A stretch of DNA of 64,000 bases from Mobula hypostoma. Taxonomy: Eukaryota. A model generated the notes under the pieces. The model saw only the letters and a list, made by a program, of their open reading frames with translations, ran no database searches and had not been told where the DNA came from. Both the position numbers and the translations under genes were made by a program. Each line of letters begins with the position of its first letter. The first letter of the stretch is position 1. Of the stretch, positions 1 through 12,400 are shown piece after piece. The DNA lies in contig NC_086097.1 in assembly GCF_963921235.1 (NCBI RefSeq), forward strand, positions 99,388,001 through 99,452,000. Reading direction: 5' to 3'.

Positions 1-437
1 CATTTCCACAGACGCCCAGTAAAAGGGGGGTTCACTTATCCTCTCTCTCACTGCTGTCAGACTCTTGAACATGCACTTTGTGCAATAAGATAGACTCTTG
101 GCCTCAATATCTACAGTACCTAGGTATGATCTTTATCGTTTACACGCACAGCACTTCTTTTGGTAGCTTTTACACTTTATTCTGCATTGTTATTGTTTTA
201 CCTTATTTTTAGCTCAATGCACTGTGTAAAGATTTGTTCTGTATGAACAATATGCAAGGCAACCTTTCCACTGTATCTCGGTACATGTGACAATAATAAA
301 CCAAAACTGATCCCATCCAATTGTCCTTATATCCTCATCACAATATGCCCTCGCACATCTAGATCCTGAGAGTCCAACCTCTCCCGGCCCCCCACACATC
401 ATTAATATAAATATATAAATCATAATGAATTGAGAGC

Positions 438-3400
438 AGGCATCGGAGGAGTAGAGGGAGACAGAATAGGAAGACTTTGGCTCAACGGGGCTTCAGCGTT
501 AACAGGTCGAAGTGAGGTAGGTTGCCTGTGTAGAATACAGACAGGAAGTATGTGTGTGAGGCCAATGTTCTGTGCTGGGTGTCAGATGTGGGAAATCTGG
601 GAGACTCCCAGCCTCCCGGACGACCACATCTGTGCCAGGTGCTTCCAGCTGCAGCTCCTTGGGGACCACATTAGGGAACTGGAGATGCAGCTCGATGACC
701 TTCGTCTGGTCAGGGAGAGTGAGGGGGTGATAGAGAGGAGCTATAGGCAGGTAGTCACTCCGGTGCCTCAGGAGACAGATAAGTGGGTAACAGTCATGAG
801 AGGGAAGGGCAGGAGTCAGAGGCTAGAGAGTACCTCAGTGGCTGTACCCCCTTAACAATAAGTGCTCCTGCTTGAGTACTGTTGGGGGAGATGGTCTACC
901 TGGGGGAAGCAACAGTGGTCGTGCCTCTGGCACAGAGTCTGGCCCCGTGGCTCAGAAGGGTAGGGAAAGGAAAAGGATGGCAGCATTGATAGAGGACTCT
1001 ATAGTTAGACAGTCAGACAGGAAAGTCTGTGGATGCAGAAAAGAAACACAGATGGTAGTTTGCCTCCCAGGTGTCAGGGTCCGGGATGTTTCTGATTGCG
1101 TCCACGATATCATGAAGTGGGAAGGAGAACAGCCAGAGGTCGTGGTACATATTGGTACCAACAACATAGGCAGGAAAAGGGAGGAGGTCCTGAAAGCAGA
1201 CTATAGGGAGTTAGGAAGGAAGATGAGAAGCAGGTCCTCAAAGGTAGTAAACTTGGGATTACTGCCTGTGTCACGTGACAGTGAGTATAGGAATAGAGTG
1301 AGGTGGAGGATAAATGTGTGGCTGAGAGATTGAAGCAGGGGGCAAGGATTCAGATTTCTGGATCATTAGGACCTCTTTTGGAACAGGAGTGACCTGTACA
1401 AAAAGGACTTGTTGCACTTGAATCCCGGGGGACCAATATCCTGGCAGGGAGGTTTGCAAAGGCTACTGGGGAGAGTTTAATCTAGAATTGCTGGGGGGTG
1501 GGAACCAAAGCGAAGAGACTGGGGAAGAGGTGGTTGGCTCACAAATAGAGAAAGCTTGGAGACAGTGCGAGAGGGAGGATAGGCAGGTGATAGAGAAGGG
1601 ACGCACTCAGACCATTGGTTTGAAATGTGTCTATTTTAATGCAAGGAGTATTATGAACAAAGCGGATGAGCTTAGAGCGTGGATCAGTACTTGGAGCTAT
1701 GATGTTGTGGCCATTACAGAGACTTGGATGGCTCAGGGGCAGGAATGGTTACTTCGAGTGCCAGGATTTAAATGTTTCAGAAAGGACAGGGAGGGAGGCA
1801 AAAGAGTTGGGGGCGTGGCACTGTTGATCAGAGATAGTATCCTGGCCGCAGAAAAGGAGGAAGACATGGAGGGATTGTCTACAGAGTCTCTGTGGGTGGA
1901 AATCAGAAACAGGAAGGGTCAATAACTCCACTGGGTGTTTTTTTATAAACCACCTAATAGTAACAGGCACATAGAGGAGCAGACAGGGAGACAGATTCTG
2001 GAAAGATGTAATAATAACGGGGTTGTAGTGGTGGGAGATTTTAATTTCCCAAATATTGATTGGCATGTCCCTAGAGCAAGGGGCTTAGATGGGGTGGAGT
2101 TTGTTAGGTGTGTTCGAGAAGGTTTCTTGACAAAATATGTAGATAAGCCTACAAGAGGAGAGACTGTATTTGATCTAGTAATGGGAAATGAACCTGGTCA
2201 GGTGTCAGATCTCTCAGTGGGAGAAGATTTTGGAGATAGTGATCACAATTCTATATCCTTTACCATAATATTGGAGAGGGATAGGAACAGACAAGTTAGG
2301 AAAGCGTTTAATTGGAGTAAGGGGAATTATGAGGCTATCAGGCAGAAACGTGGAAGCATAAATTGGGAACAGATGCTCTCAGGGAAATGTACGGAAGAAA
2401 TGTGGCAAACGTTCAGGGGATATTTGCATGGAGTTCTGCACAGGTACATTCCAATGAGATAGGGAAGGGATGGTAAGGTACAGGAACTGTGGTATGCAAA
2501 GGCTGTTGTAAATCTAGTCAAGAAGAAAAGAAGAGCTTACGAAAGGTTAAAAAAAACGAGGTAGTGATAGAGATCTAGAAGATGATAAGGCTAGCCGGAA
2601 GGAACTTAAGAAAGAAATTGAGAGAGCCAGAAGGGGCCATGAGAAAGCCTTGGCAGACAGGATTAAGGAAAACCCCAAGACATTCGACAAGTATGTGAAG
2701 AGCAAGAGGATAAGACATGAGAGAATAGGACCAATCAAGTGTCACAGTGGAAAAGTGTGTATGGAACTAGAGGAGATAGCAGAGGTACTTAATGATTACT
2801 TTGTTTCAGTATTCACTATGGAAAAGGATCTTGGCAATTGCAGGGATGACTTAGAGCAGACTGAAAAGCTTGAGGATGTAGACATTAAGAAAGAGGATGT
2901 GCTGGAGCTTTTGGAAAGCATCAAATTGGATAAGTCACCAGGACAGAACAAGATGTACCCCAGGCTACTGTGGGAGGCAAGGGAGGAGATTGCTGAGCCT
3001 CTGATGATGATCTTTGTATCCTAAGTGGGGATGGGAGAGGTTCCAAAGGATTGGAGGGTTGCAGATGTTGTTCCCTTTTTCAAGAAAAGGAGTTGGGATA
3101 GCCTGGGAAATTATTGTCCAGTGGGTCTTACTTCAGTGGTTGGTAAGTTGATGGAGATGATCATGAGAGGCAGGATTTATGAACTTTTGAAGGGGCATAA
3201 TATGATTAAGAATAGTCAGCATGGCTTTGTCAAAGGCAGGTCATACCTTACAAGCCTGATTTAATTTTTTGAGGATGTGACTAAACACATTGATGAAGGT
3301 AGAGCAGTAGATATAGTGTATATGGATTTCAGCAAGGCATTTGACAAGGTACCCCATGCAAGGCTTATTGAGAAAGTAAGGAGGCATGGGATCCAAGGGG

Positions 3401-4470
3401 ACATTGTTTTGTGGATCCAGAACTGGCTTGCCCACAGAAGGCAAAGAGTGGTTGTAGACGGGTCATATTCTGCATGGAGACCAGTGACCAGTGGTGTGCC
3501 TCAGGGATCTGTTCTGGGGCCCTTACTCTTTGTGATTTTTATAAATGACCTGGATGAGGAAGTGGAGGGATGGGTTAGTAAATTTGTTGATGACACAAAG
3601 ATAGTGAGTGTTGTGGATAATGTGGAGGGCTGTCAGAGGTTACAGCAGGACATTGATAGGATGCAAAACTGGGCTGAGAAATGGCAGATGGAGTTCAACC
3701 CAGATAAGTGTGAGGTGGTTCATTTTGGTAGGTCAAATATGATAGCAGAATATAATATTAATGGTCAGACTCTTGGCAGTGTGGAAGATCAGAGGGATCT
3801 TGGGGTCCGAGTCCATCAGACACTCAAAGCTGCTGCGCAGGTTGACTGTGTGGTTGAGAAAGCATACGGTGCATTGGCTTTCATCAATCGTAGGATTGAG
3901 TTTAGGAGCCGAGAGGTAATGTCACAGCTATATAGGACCCTGGTCAGACCCCACTTGCAGTACTGTGCTCAGTTCTGGTTGCCTCACTACAGGAAGGATG
4001 TGGAAACCATAGAAAGGGTGCAGAGGAGATTTACAAGGATGTTACCTGGATTGGGGAGCATGCCTTATGCGAATAGGTTGAGTGAACTCGGCCTTTTCTC
4101 CTTGGAGCGACGGAGAATGAGATGTGAACTGATAGAGGTCTATAAGATGATGAGAGGCATTGATCGTGTGGATAGTCAGAGGCTTTTTCCCAGGGCTGAA
4201 ATGGCTAGCATGAGAGGGCACAGTTTTAAGGTGCTTGGAAGTAAGTACAGAGGAGATATCAGGCCTAAGTTTTTTTACGCAGAGAGTGGTGAGTGTGTGG
4301 AATGGGCTGCTGGCGGTGGTGGTGGAGGCAGAAACGACTGGGTCTTTTAAGATACTCCTGGACAGGTACCTGGAGCTCAGAAAAACAGAGGGCTAAGGTA
4401 AGGATGTGTTCGGCACAGCTTTGTGGGCCGAAGGGCCCGTATTGTGCTGTAGATTTTCTATGTTTCTATG
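438..4470 (+). mobile_element. Near full-length CR1 LINE (ORF1 plus ORF2), inactivated by stops and frameshifts
   Basis: ORF1: CxxC...CxxC, coiled coil, SGNH esterase-like motifs ([17 protein letters not shown]). ORF2: APE endonuclease (YFNARSI, AITETW, GDFNFP, SDHN) and RT ([23 protein letters not shown]). 3' TTTCTATG repeat tail; flanked by AGAGC (433-437 and 4471-4475). Confidence 0.95.
3277..4350 (+). pseudogene. CR1 ORF2 reverse transcriptase fragment
   Basis: 357-aa ORF with RT motifs; upstream ORF2 is broken into several ORFs (1488-3264). Confidence 0.9.
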
Positions 4471-5790
4471 AGAGCCAAAGTACAACCCTTGGGGCACTCC
4501 ACTGATTACATCCTTCCAGCTTGAAAAAGGACCATTTACTTTGACCTTGTTTTTTCTGTGATAAACAATCTTTAAAACCACACGAGCACATTTCTCTAAC
4601 TCCAAGAGCTTTTCTCTTCTGCACTAACCTTTCATTAATGGCTTATTAAATACTTTATGAAAATCCAAATTCTGTACATCTACAGGTTCCCCTTTATCAA
4701 ATCTGTGTGTTACATCCTCAGAGGTAAGGTCAATTTATCAAAGACAATTCATTCTTCATTAGACATAGGAACAGAATTAGGCCATTTGGCCCATCATGGC
4801 TGATTTATTATCCCTCTCAACCCCATTCTCCTGCCTTTTCCCAGTAATCTTTGATGCCTTTACTAATCAAGAACTTATCAGCCTCTGCTTTAAATATACC
4901 CAGTGACGTAGCCGCCACAGCTGTCTGTGTAATGAATTCCACAGATCCACCACTCTCTGGCTAAAGAAATTAGTCACATTTGTTATTTAGTCAGCAGCTT
5001 TTTTCCCACAAGTCAAATTAGTTTTGAAAAACCTCCCCACTGCTGCCACTTCCTTTACTGTGCAAGCCATTTCAGACCTGGTGGTTGTCTGCCTTTAGCC
5101 CTGTTAATTTTTACAATATTTTGTCCCTCAAGATTATGATTGCTACAGGTCATCTGTTTTCTTTGAAACTAGTCTATCAGAAATCTTAGGATTCTTGCGG
5201 TGTCCACCTTGTGAAGAATGGTGTAAAGTATTGATTTAACATCTGTCATTTCCTCTGTTCCTGTTATTAATTCCCCAGTCTTCCTCTCTAGGGGCCCCAT
5301 ACTTACCTCAGCTACCCTCTTCTGTTTATATATATCCATTGAATCCCTTGCTGTTTCGATATTATTTCCAAGTTTTCTCTCATTATCAGTTTCTTCCCTC
5401 CTATCCTTAGTAACTCACAGCTGATTCTTGTGAAAACCCCAGTTCTCTAGTGTATCATTAGCCCTTCCTGTTTTATTTGCTTTAGTATTTTACATGATTT
5501 CCTTTGTTAGTCACAGATGATTCACCTTTCTCCTGGGGTATATTTTTCTAATTGGGATGTTTCTGCTGAGAGTCATGAACTAGCTGCTTAAATATCTGCC
5601 ACTGATCTATTCCTTAACCCATTTTCATAGATGACTCTTATCTCTATACCATTGTAATTCCCCTTACTTATGTTGAGGGTGTTTGTTACGGATCCCTCAA
5701 TCGTATACAAAATTCTATCATTTTGCCATCATTACTCCCTGCAGGCGAATTCTTAACCACAGCGTCTTTGATCCTGCTTCATTACATGTG
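4471..5790 (-). mobile_element. Old degraded CR1 ORF2 remnant; continues at about 300-437 on the other side of the young CR1; carries a younger CR1 3' tail at about 4762-4970
   Basis: Minus-strand translation KVKVNGPFSSWKDVISGVPQG and decayed upstream RT motifs; far boundary approximate. Confidence 0.65.
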
Positions 5791-5802
5791 ACCAAATCAA
5801 GT

Positions 5803-5946
5803 ACAACACACACAAGATAACTCAGAAGGTCAGGCAGCATCTATGAAGGGAAATGAACAGTTGCCGTTAACAGCATCCTGGCCTGCTAAGTTCCTCCAGC
5901 AGTTTGTGTGTGTTGTTCAAGATTTCCAGCATCTGCAGAATCTCTT
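5803..5946. mobile_element. Short palindromic Penelope-like terminal-repeat remnant
   Basis: Same motif as the arms of the 38766-39270 element (caacacacac...ggtcaggcagcatctatg; gcctgct..gttcctccagca..ttgtgtgtgttg). Confidence 0.6.
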
Positions 5947-6367
5947 CTGATCAAATCTAGACATCTTTTTATCAGCCATGACTCTATTTTTGTTCTGATC
6001 AATCTTCTCACCTGCCACCCTGTTAAACTATATGCTTTCTCCAAAATTCAATACATTTTTACTTTGTTTTAGTTAGCAGTCGAGAATGAGTCCTCCTCTC
6101 AAAATGCACTATTGTTAGTTAATCTATAGCCTGAAAATTTCTTGACCATTACAAACAAGAATGAGATAGAATCAGAACCTGATGAAGAATGCATATAGCT
6201 CCCAGAAATCCTCTTCCAATCTTTCACATAGATAAAGTATCCTAAAGAGGTTCCCATCTCTCAGTTGTATCCCATTGATTTCCACACCATTTCATACGAA
6301 GATTCAGGAAAACCATCCAATTCTCCAAGCTTTCATATACAAAACAAAGTTATTCCTATGCAGTTAC

Positions 6368-6454
6368 CTCTTTTTCCTTTTCCTTAATCTCTTCAAAATC
6401 AGCTGCATGCTTTTCCTGGAGTTTGCTTTCTAGCTTTGACTGATTCATTAAAGT
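6368..6454 (-). CDS. PLCB2: PLCB2 exon (87 nt), probable penultimate coding exon
   Basis: ttgcag|ACT TTA...GAG|gtaact; [29 protein letters not shown]; phase 0 to 0. Confidence 0.88.
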
Positions 6455-9400
6455 CTGCAATAATACAGTGACATAATTAATAAAAGATACAGGCAAAGGA
6501 TGTAGTATAGAAAGGCTGGGGAGACATGGTGAGATGGGTAGTTCAGAGAATTAGATGCTCAGCTGGATGAGGAATCAGAGGTTTGCAGTGGCTGGTTGGG
6601 TAGTGGAAAGTGATGGGTGTGGAGTGGACTCTTAACTATTGTTGGTCAGAAAGAACGAAAGTTTACAAATCAGTGAATTCAAATGAATCAAGGGCAGTGA
6701 AATCAGACAGACTAATTGGCTTTGTTCTTGCTGCATGCTTGGCGATGGAGGCTGCCATTTTGTGAAGACAATCCATTCTCCATTTTGTGAGCTTGACATG
6801 CTTGGCTTGATCAATGTTTTAAAGAAGACACAATGAGTCTTCAGGTAATCTGCTGGACTGGAGATCATTCCCAAATAAGAAGTTATTTGTTAGGTGTTCT
6901 TTGGTTGGATGTAATATTCAGGTTTGTGAATGTTGGGATTGGTGCCTTCCTGGGGTGATTCAAGCTTGTTGCTGATTGAGAACGAAGAGCCATAAATTAT
7001 CGACTGTTACTTGATGGGAAGAGGGCAATAAATGGATGCTGGCCTGGAGCAGAGCCAATAACAAGGTGTTAAAGGACAGACACATGACCTGCAGCCAATG
7101 ACACTGGAATGCGATATTTGAATTGATAAGGGATGGATATAAAAGTGGATGCTTCGTGTGTGCTGGCAGCGGTAACTTCGAAAAATAACCATCACAGATA
7201 CAAGCATGAGCTACCCTGCGTGAAACACGTGGCGAATGAATTGGGACAACGAGGAACGCCTGGCCAGCGTAGACTCCTTTGTCCAGGTAATACCTTTGCT
7301 ATTCTTTGACTGTTCAGGAGAGTCAGGGATACTTAGCAGGTGTGTACACAAGGTATTTAGTGTATGAGTTCACGTACTTGTTAGTGTAAACAATAAAGGT
7401 ACTTATCAGTAAATACAGATCTCTCTGTGCCTCACTAATCATTGCTGTAAGAGGTAATTTTTACAACACTATGGATTGGAATAGTTGGTGGAGGTGTTGG
7501 CAGTGATTAGGGAATGATTTTATGGTGTGGGCTGGTCCGTTGAGGGTGGGACCAGTTTGTTGGAGAGTGGTGCCGTTGCTATGAGGAGACTAGAGCAATT
7601 TGTTGTAGAATGGGATCTGTTAATGGAATGGTATTTTTGATTGAGGTCTAGAGGTGTTAGGGCATCTGTTAACCATATAACCATATAACAATTACAGCAC
7701 GGAAACAGTCCATCTCAGCCCTTCTAGTCCGTGCTGAACTCTTACTCTCACGTTAATGTGTAGAGAGATTGATTCTACAATAGGCTGAACATACAGATGG
7801 ACTTTTATTATTGACTCTGAGTGCTTGGAACAAACTACAGTCCCGCACATAAAGAAAAAACAAAATGCTGGAACCATTTAATAGTTCAGGCAGCAGCTAT
7901 GGAATCGTTCATCAGAAAGGGAGATAAATTAGGTAAGGAATAGCCCCGAGTTTCCAGTTTCCTTCCAACTCCCACTCTGACCTCTGTCTGTGACTTCCTG
8001 AATTGTTACATCGAGATCCAGTGTAAACCTGAGGAACAATAGATCATCTTCCATCTGGACACGTTGTAGCTGTATGGACTTCACTGAATCCACTCCCTTT
8101 GTGGACCATACCCTTTCTATGTCAGAACTGGGTATTTCTGCCGCTCAGATTTTCTATCTCCATTAGGACAGCCTCACAAGTCTCACAATTCTGCTATTAA
8201 GAGCATGTAACAGGCAAGTCTCACAGTTCTATTAGGAACACATGACAGATAAATCATCATACATGCCCAAGTTATAGGGAAAGGCTGAATTAGTTAGGCC
8301 TTTATTCTCTGAAGCATAGGAGAATGAGGGGAGATTTGATGGAGGGACATATACAAAATTATGAGGAGTATAGATAGAGTAAATGCAAGCAGACTTTTTC
8401 CACTGAAGTTGGGTGAGACGATTACCAAAAGTCATCCAGTAAGTTACGGGTGAAAGGTGAAATCTTCAAGAGGAAAATGAGGGGGATCTTTTTCACTCAG
8501 AGGGTGGTGGGAGTGTGAAATGAGCTGCAAGTGGAAGTGGTGGGTGTGGGTTAGATATTAGCATTGAAGGGAAGTTTGGATAACGACAAAGATGGGAGGA
8601 GTGTGGAGGGCTATGGTCCAGGTGCAAACTGATAGAACCAGGTTCGGCATGGAGTAGATGGGCTGAAGGACCCATTTCTGTGTTGTAGTGCTCTATGTCT
8701 CTATTATCTGTTTTGACCAGGTCTCACTTGTCACAGGTATCCCTTTGTACTATTAATTCCTCTTGCCACCTCTTTAAATTAAGATTACCTTTATTATCTC
8801 TCCCATTTTCGACAATGTCTTTGACCTGTAACATTGACCGTTTCTCATTCCATAGACACTGCCTGATCTGCCAAGTGTTTCCAGCATTTCCACCCTCCAG
8901 CATCTACACTTTTATTTCTAATTCTGCCACACACCTGCTTGAATTCTTTCACCGACACTTGAATGTGGTGCTCAGCGATCTCTTTCTTGCGCCTGTGAAC
9001 AGGGAGCACAGTTGAATATCCACGAGTACAGAACAAATTAATTCCATGCTGCACTGCTTTCCCTCATAACCTGTGCAAGGGAACCAAAACCCCAGGGTGG
9101 CAACTGCTCAGAGTTCCAACCTCTCCTTCCAACAGGCACTTTCCCACTGAAATTGGCATATATACACCTGAGCTCAATGTTAGAGGGTAAAAGTGTGCCC
9201 TTACACGCATAAACCCAAGGTGTGAACATTGTATCTGGGTGATTATAGCAGGGGCTTGGTTGGGGGTGGGAGAACAGTGCCCCATAGTCATAAACCCAAG
9301 GTGTGAACGTTGTATCTGGGTGATTATAGCAGGGGCTTGGTTGGGGGTGGGAGAACAGTGCCCCATAGTCATAAACCCAAGGTGTGAACATTGTATCTGG

Positions 9401-12400
9401 GTGATTATAGCAGGGGCTTGGTTGGGGGGTGGGAGAACAGTGCCCCATAGTCATAAACCCAAGGTGTGAACATTGTATCTGGGTGATTATAGCAGGGGCT
9501 TGGTTGGGGGTGGGAGAACAGTGCCCCATAGTCATAAACCCAAGGTGTGAACGTTGTATCTGGGTGATTATAGCAGGGGCTTGGTTGGGGGTGGGAGAAC
9601 AGTGCCCCATAGTCATAAACCCAAGGTGTGAACATTGTATCTGGGTGATTATAGCAGGGGCTTGGTTGGGGGTGGGAGAACAATGCCCCATAGTTGCTAC
9701 TTCTGCACATTCATGATGCCAGGATCATTCTGTGCAAATCGTATTCTGCCTCTTCCTCATGTACCCGCAAGACCACAGTATTGTAAAACTGCTCAGGCCT
9801 CTTCTCAAGCTGTTGGGATGTTAGCATCTTCCCTCCCCAAAAGCATCTCCCCAATCTGGTGGTGAAAGGACCTACGCTGGCCTGGTCAGGTGTCATCCAT
9901 CCATGTTAGGCTTACTCGACAGATGGGAGATACTGAAATGATTCTTGACAATGTTTGTGGAGCAGCCCGTGAGCTCCTGTAACCTTGTTTGCATCCAGTT
10001 AAACAAATCTAGTCTGGATGATCACTCTTGTCTATAGTTTCCTGAAGAATCTACTATTTACAACAGGTGACACCTACCTTACCAGAAACTTGCACAAGTT
10101 GAAAGAATTCATGAAATATGCAACTAGTGCTGAAGATAGCAAAAGGTCATGTCCTCACATCATCACTCTTCTAACACAATGCTGTAGTGTTATTCCTAAC
10201 CACACACACACAGCTAATACCTTGTGCTTCCCAAATCAGTGCAACTGAGTGTGGGACCCACTAACATGAAGCCATTGCACCACCGAGCTGCAGCTCCATT
10301 GGGTAAATGGTGGGCTGGATCTTCTGGATGTGTTGTTTATAGGGCTAGTAAAACAAAACTTCATGCCATCTTAAAAGTTTCTTCCCCAATCTACCACTCT
10401 GGTTAGGTCCGTCCCAGTCCCCTCTATCTATTACCCCTATCACTGCAGTGCACTGTAAACACTTTGAACCTTTTTGTAACGATGTTTACTTTGTAAACAC
10501 ATGCTGCCATTTGTGTATTTACGCACATTTACTTTATACTTTATCCTTTATTGTCGCCAAACAATTGATACTAGAATGTACAATCATCACAGCGATATTT
10601 GATTCTGCGCTTCCCAGTGCCTGGATTACAAGTATTAAATATTAAAAATAGTAAAAATTAGTAAATATTAAAAATTTAAATTATAAATCATAAATAGAAA
10701 ATCGAAAAATGGAAAGTAAGGTAGTCCAAAAAAAAACTGAGAGGCAGGTCCGGATATTTGGAGGGTACGGCCCAGATCCGGGTCAGGATCCGTTCAGCAG
10801 TCTTATCACAGTTGGAAAGAAGCTGTTCCCAAATCTGGCCGTATGAGTCTTCAAGCTCCTGAGCCTTCTTCTGGAGGGAAGAGGGACAAAAGTGTGTTGG
10901 CTGGGTGGGTCGTGTCCTTGATTATCCTGGCAGCACTGCTCCGACAGCGTGCGGTGTAAAGTGAGTCCACGGACGGAAGATTGGTTTGTGTGATGTGCTG
11001 CGCCATGTTCACGATCTTCTGCAGCTTCTTTCGGTCTTGGACAGGACAACTTCCATACCAGGTTGTGATGCACCCTAGAAGAATGCTTTCTATGGTGCAT
11101 CTATAAAAATTAGTGAGGGTTTTAAGGGACAGGCCAAATTTCTTTAGTTTTCTCAGGAAGTAAAGGCGCTGGTGGGCCTTCTTGGCAGTGGACTCTGCTT
11201 GGTTAGACCAAGTCAGGTCATTTCTGATATTGACCCTGAGGAACTTAAAGCTTTTGACCTGTTCCACTTGCGCACCACCGATGCAAATTGGGTCGTGCGG
11301 TACGCTACTCCTTCTGAAGTCAACAACCAATTCCTTCGTCTTGCTGACGTTGAGGAATAGATTATTGTCTTCGTACCATGCCACCAGGTTCTTAATTTCC
11401 TCTCTATACTCAAACTCATCACTACCCGAGATATGGCCTACAATTGTTGTGTCATCAGCAAACTTATATATTGAATTTGATGGAAACTTTGCTACACAAT
11501 CATGGGTGTACAGTGAGTACAGCAGGGGGCTGAGTACACAGCCTTGTGGGGCACCGGTGCTCAGAGTGATTGTAGAGGAGAACTTGTCCCCTATTTTTAC
11601 AGCCTGGGTCCTGTCTGTGAGGAAGTTGAAGATCCAGCTGCAGATCTGAGTGCTAAGGCCCAGGTTCCGGAGCTTCGGAATCAGTTTATTGGAATGATGG
11701 TATTAAAGGCAGAGCTGTAGTCAATGAAAAGGAGCCTTACGTATGTGTCTTTATTCTCCAGGTGTTCTAAGGAGGAATGTAGGGCCAGAGAGATGGCATC
11801 TGCCGTTGACCTGTTGCTCCGGTAGACGAATTGCAAAGCGTCGAGATTGACCGGTAGGCTGTGGTTGATGTGTGCCATAACCAATCGCTCAAAGCACTTC
11901 ACAGCAATTGATGTCAGAGCCCCAGGTCGATAGTCATTCAGGCATGCCACCTTGCTCTTCTTCGGCACTGGGATTATCGTTGCCTTCTTAAAACACGAGG
12001 GGATCTTAGACTGAAGCAAGGAGCAGTTGAAGGTGTCAGCAAACACTCCAGCTAGCTCGCTTGCACAGGCCCAGAGAACCCGTCCTGGGACGCCTCTGGG
12101 CTCATTGCCTTCCTTGGATTTATCTTCAGGAAGGCCCTTCTAACGTCCTCTTCGGTGACAATGAATCTCAATGCCACCAGGTCCAGTTCATCCGGAGGGA
12201 GTGGGACGTTCCTCTTCTGTTCGAATCTTGCGTAGAATACGTTAAGTTCGTCAGGAAGAGAAGTGCCACAGTTATTGATATTCCCAGCCTTTTCTTTGCG
12301 CCCAGTAGTCCCATTTAGACCCTACCATAGTCTACTGGCATCCCTCTGGTTAGCCTGGGCTTCCAACTTGGCTCGATATTGCCTCTTGGTGCCCTTAATG

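Noticed and set aside
4480..6367. Last PLCB2 coding exon
   Set aside because: No acceptor followed by a PLCB-like terminal peptide found; candidates need introns that are too short or stop at once. Probably beyond the window start. Read-through of the 6368 donor would give VTA*, which is unsupported.
9038..9716. Overlapping ORFs with 27-aa repeats
   Set aside because: Product of the 81-bp minisatellite
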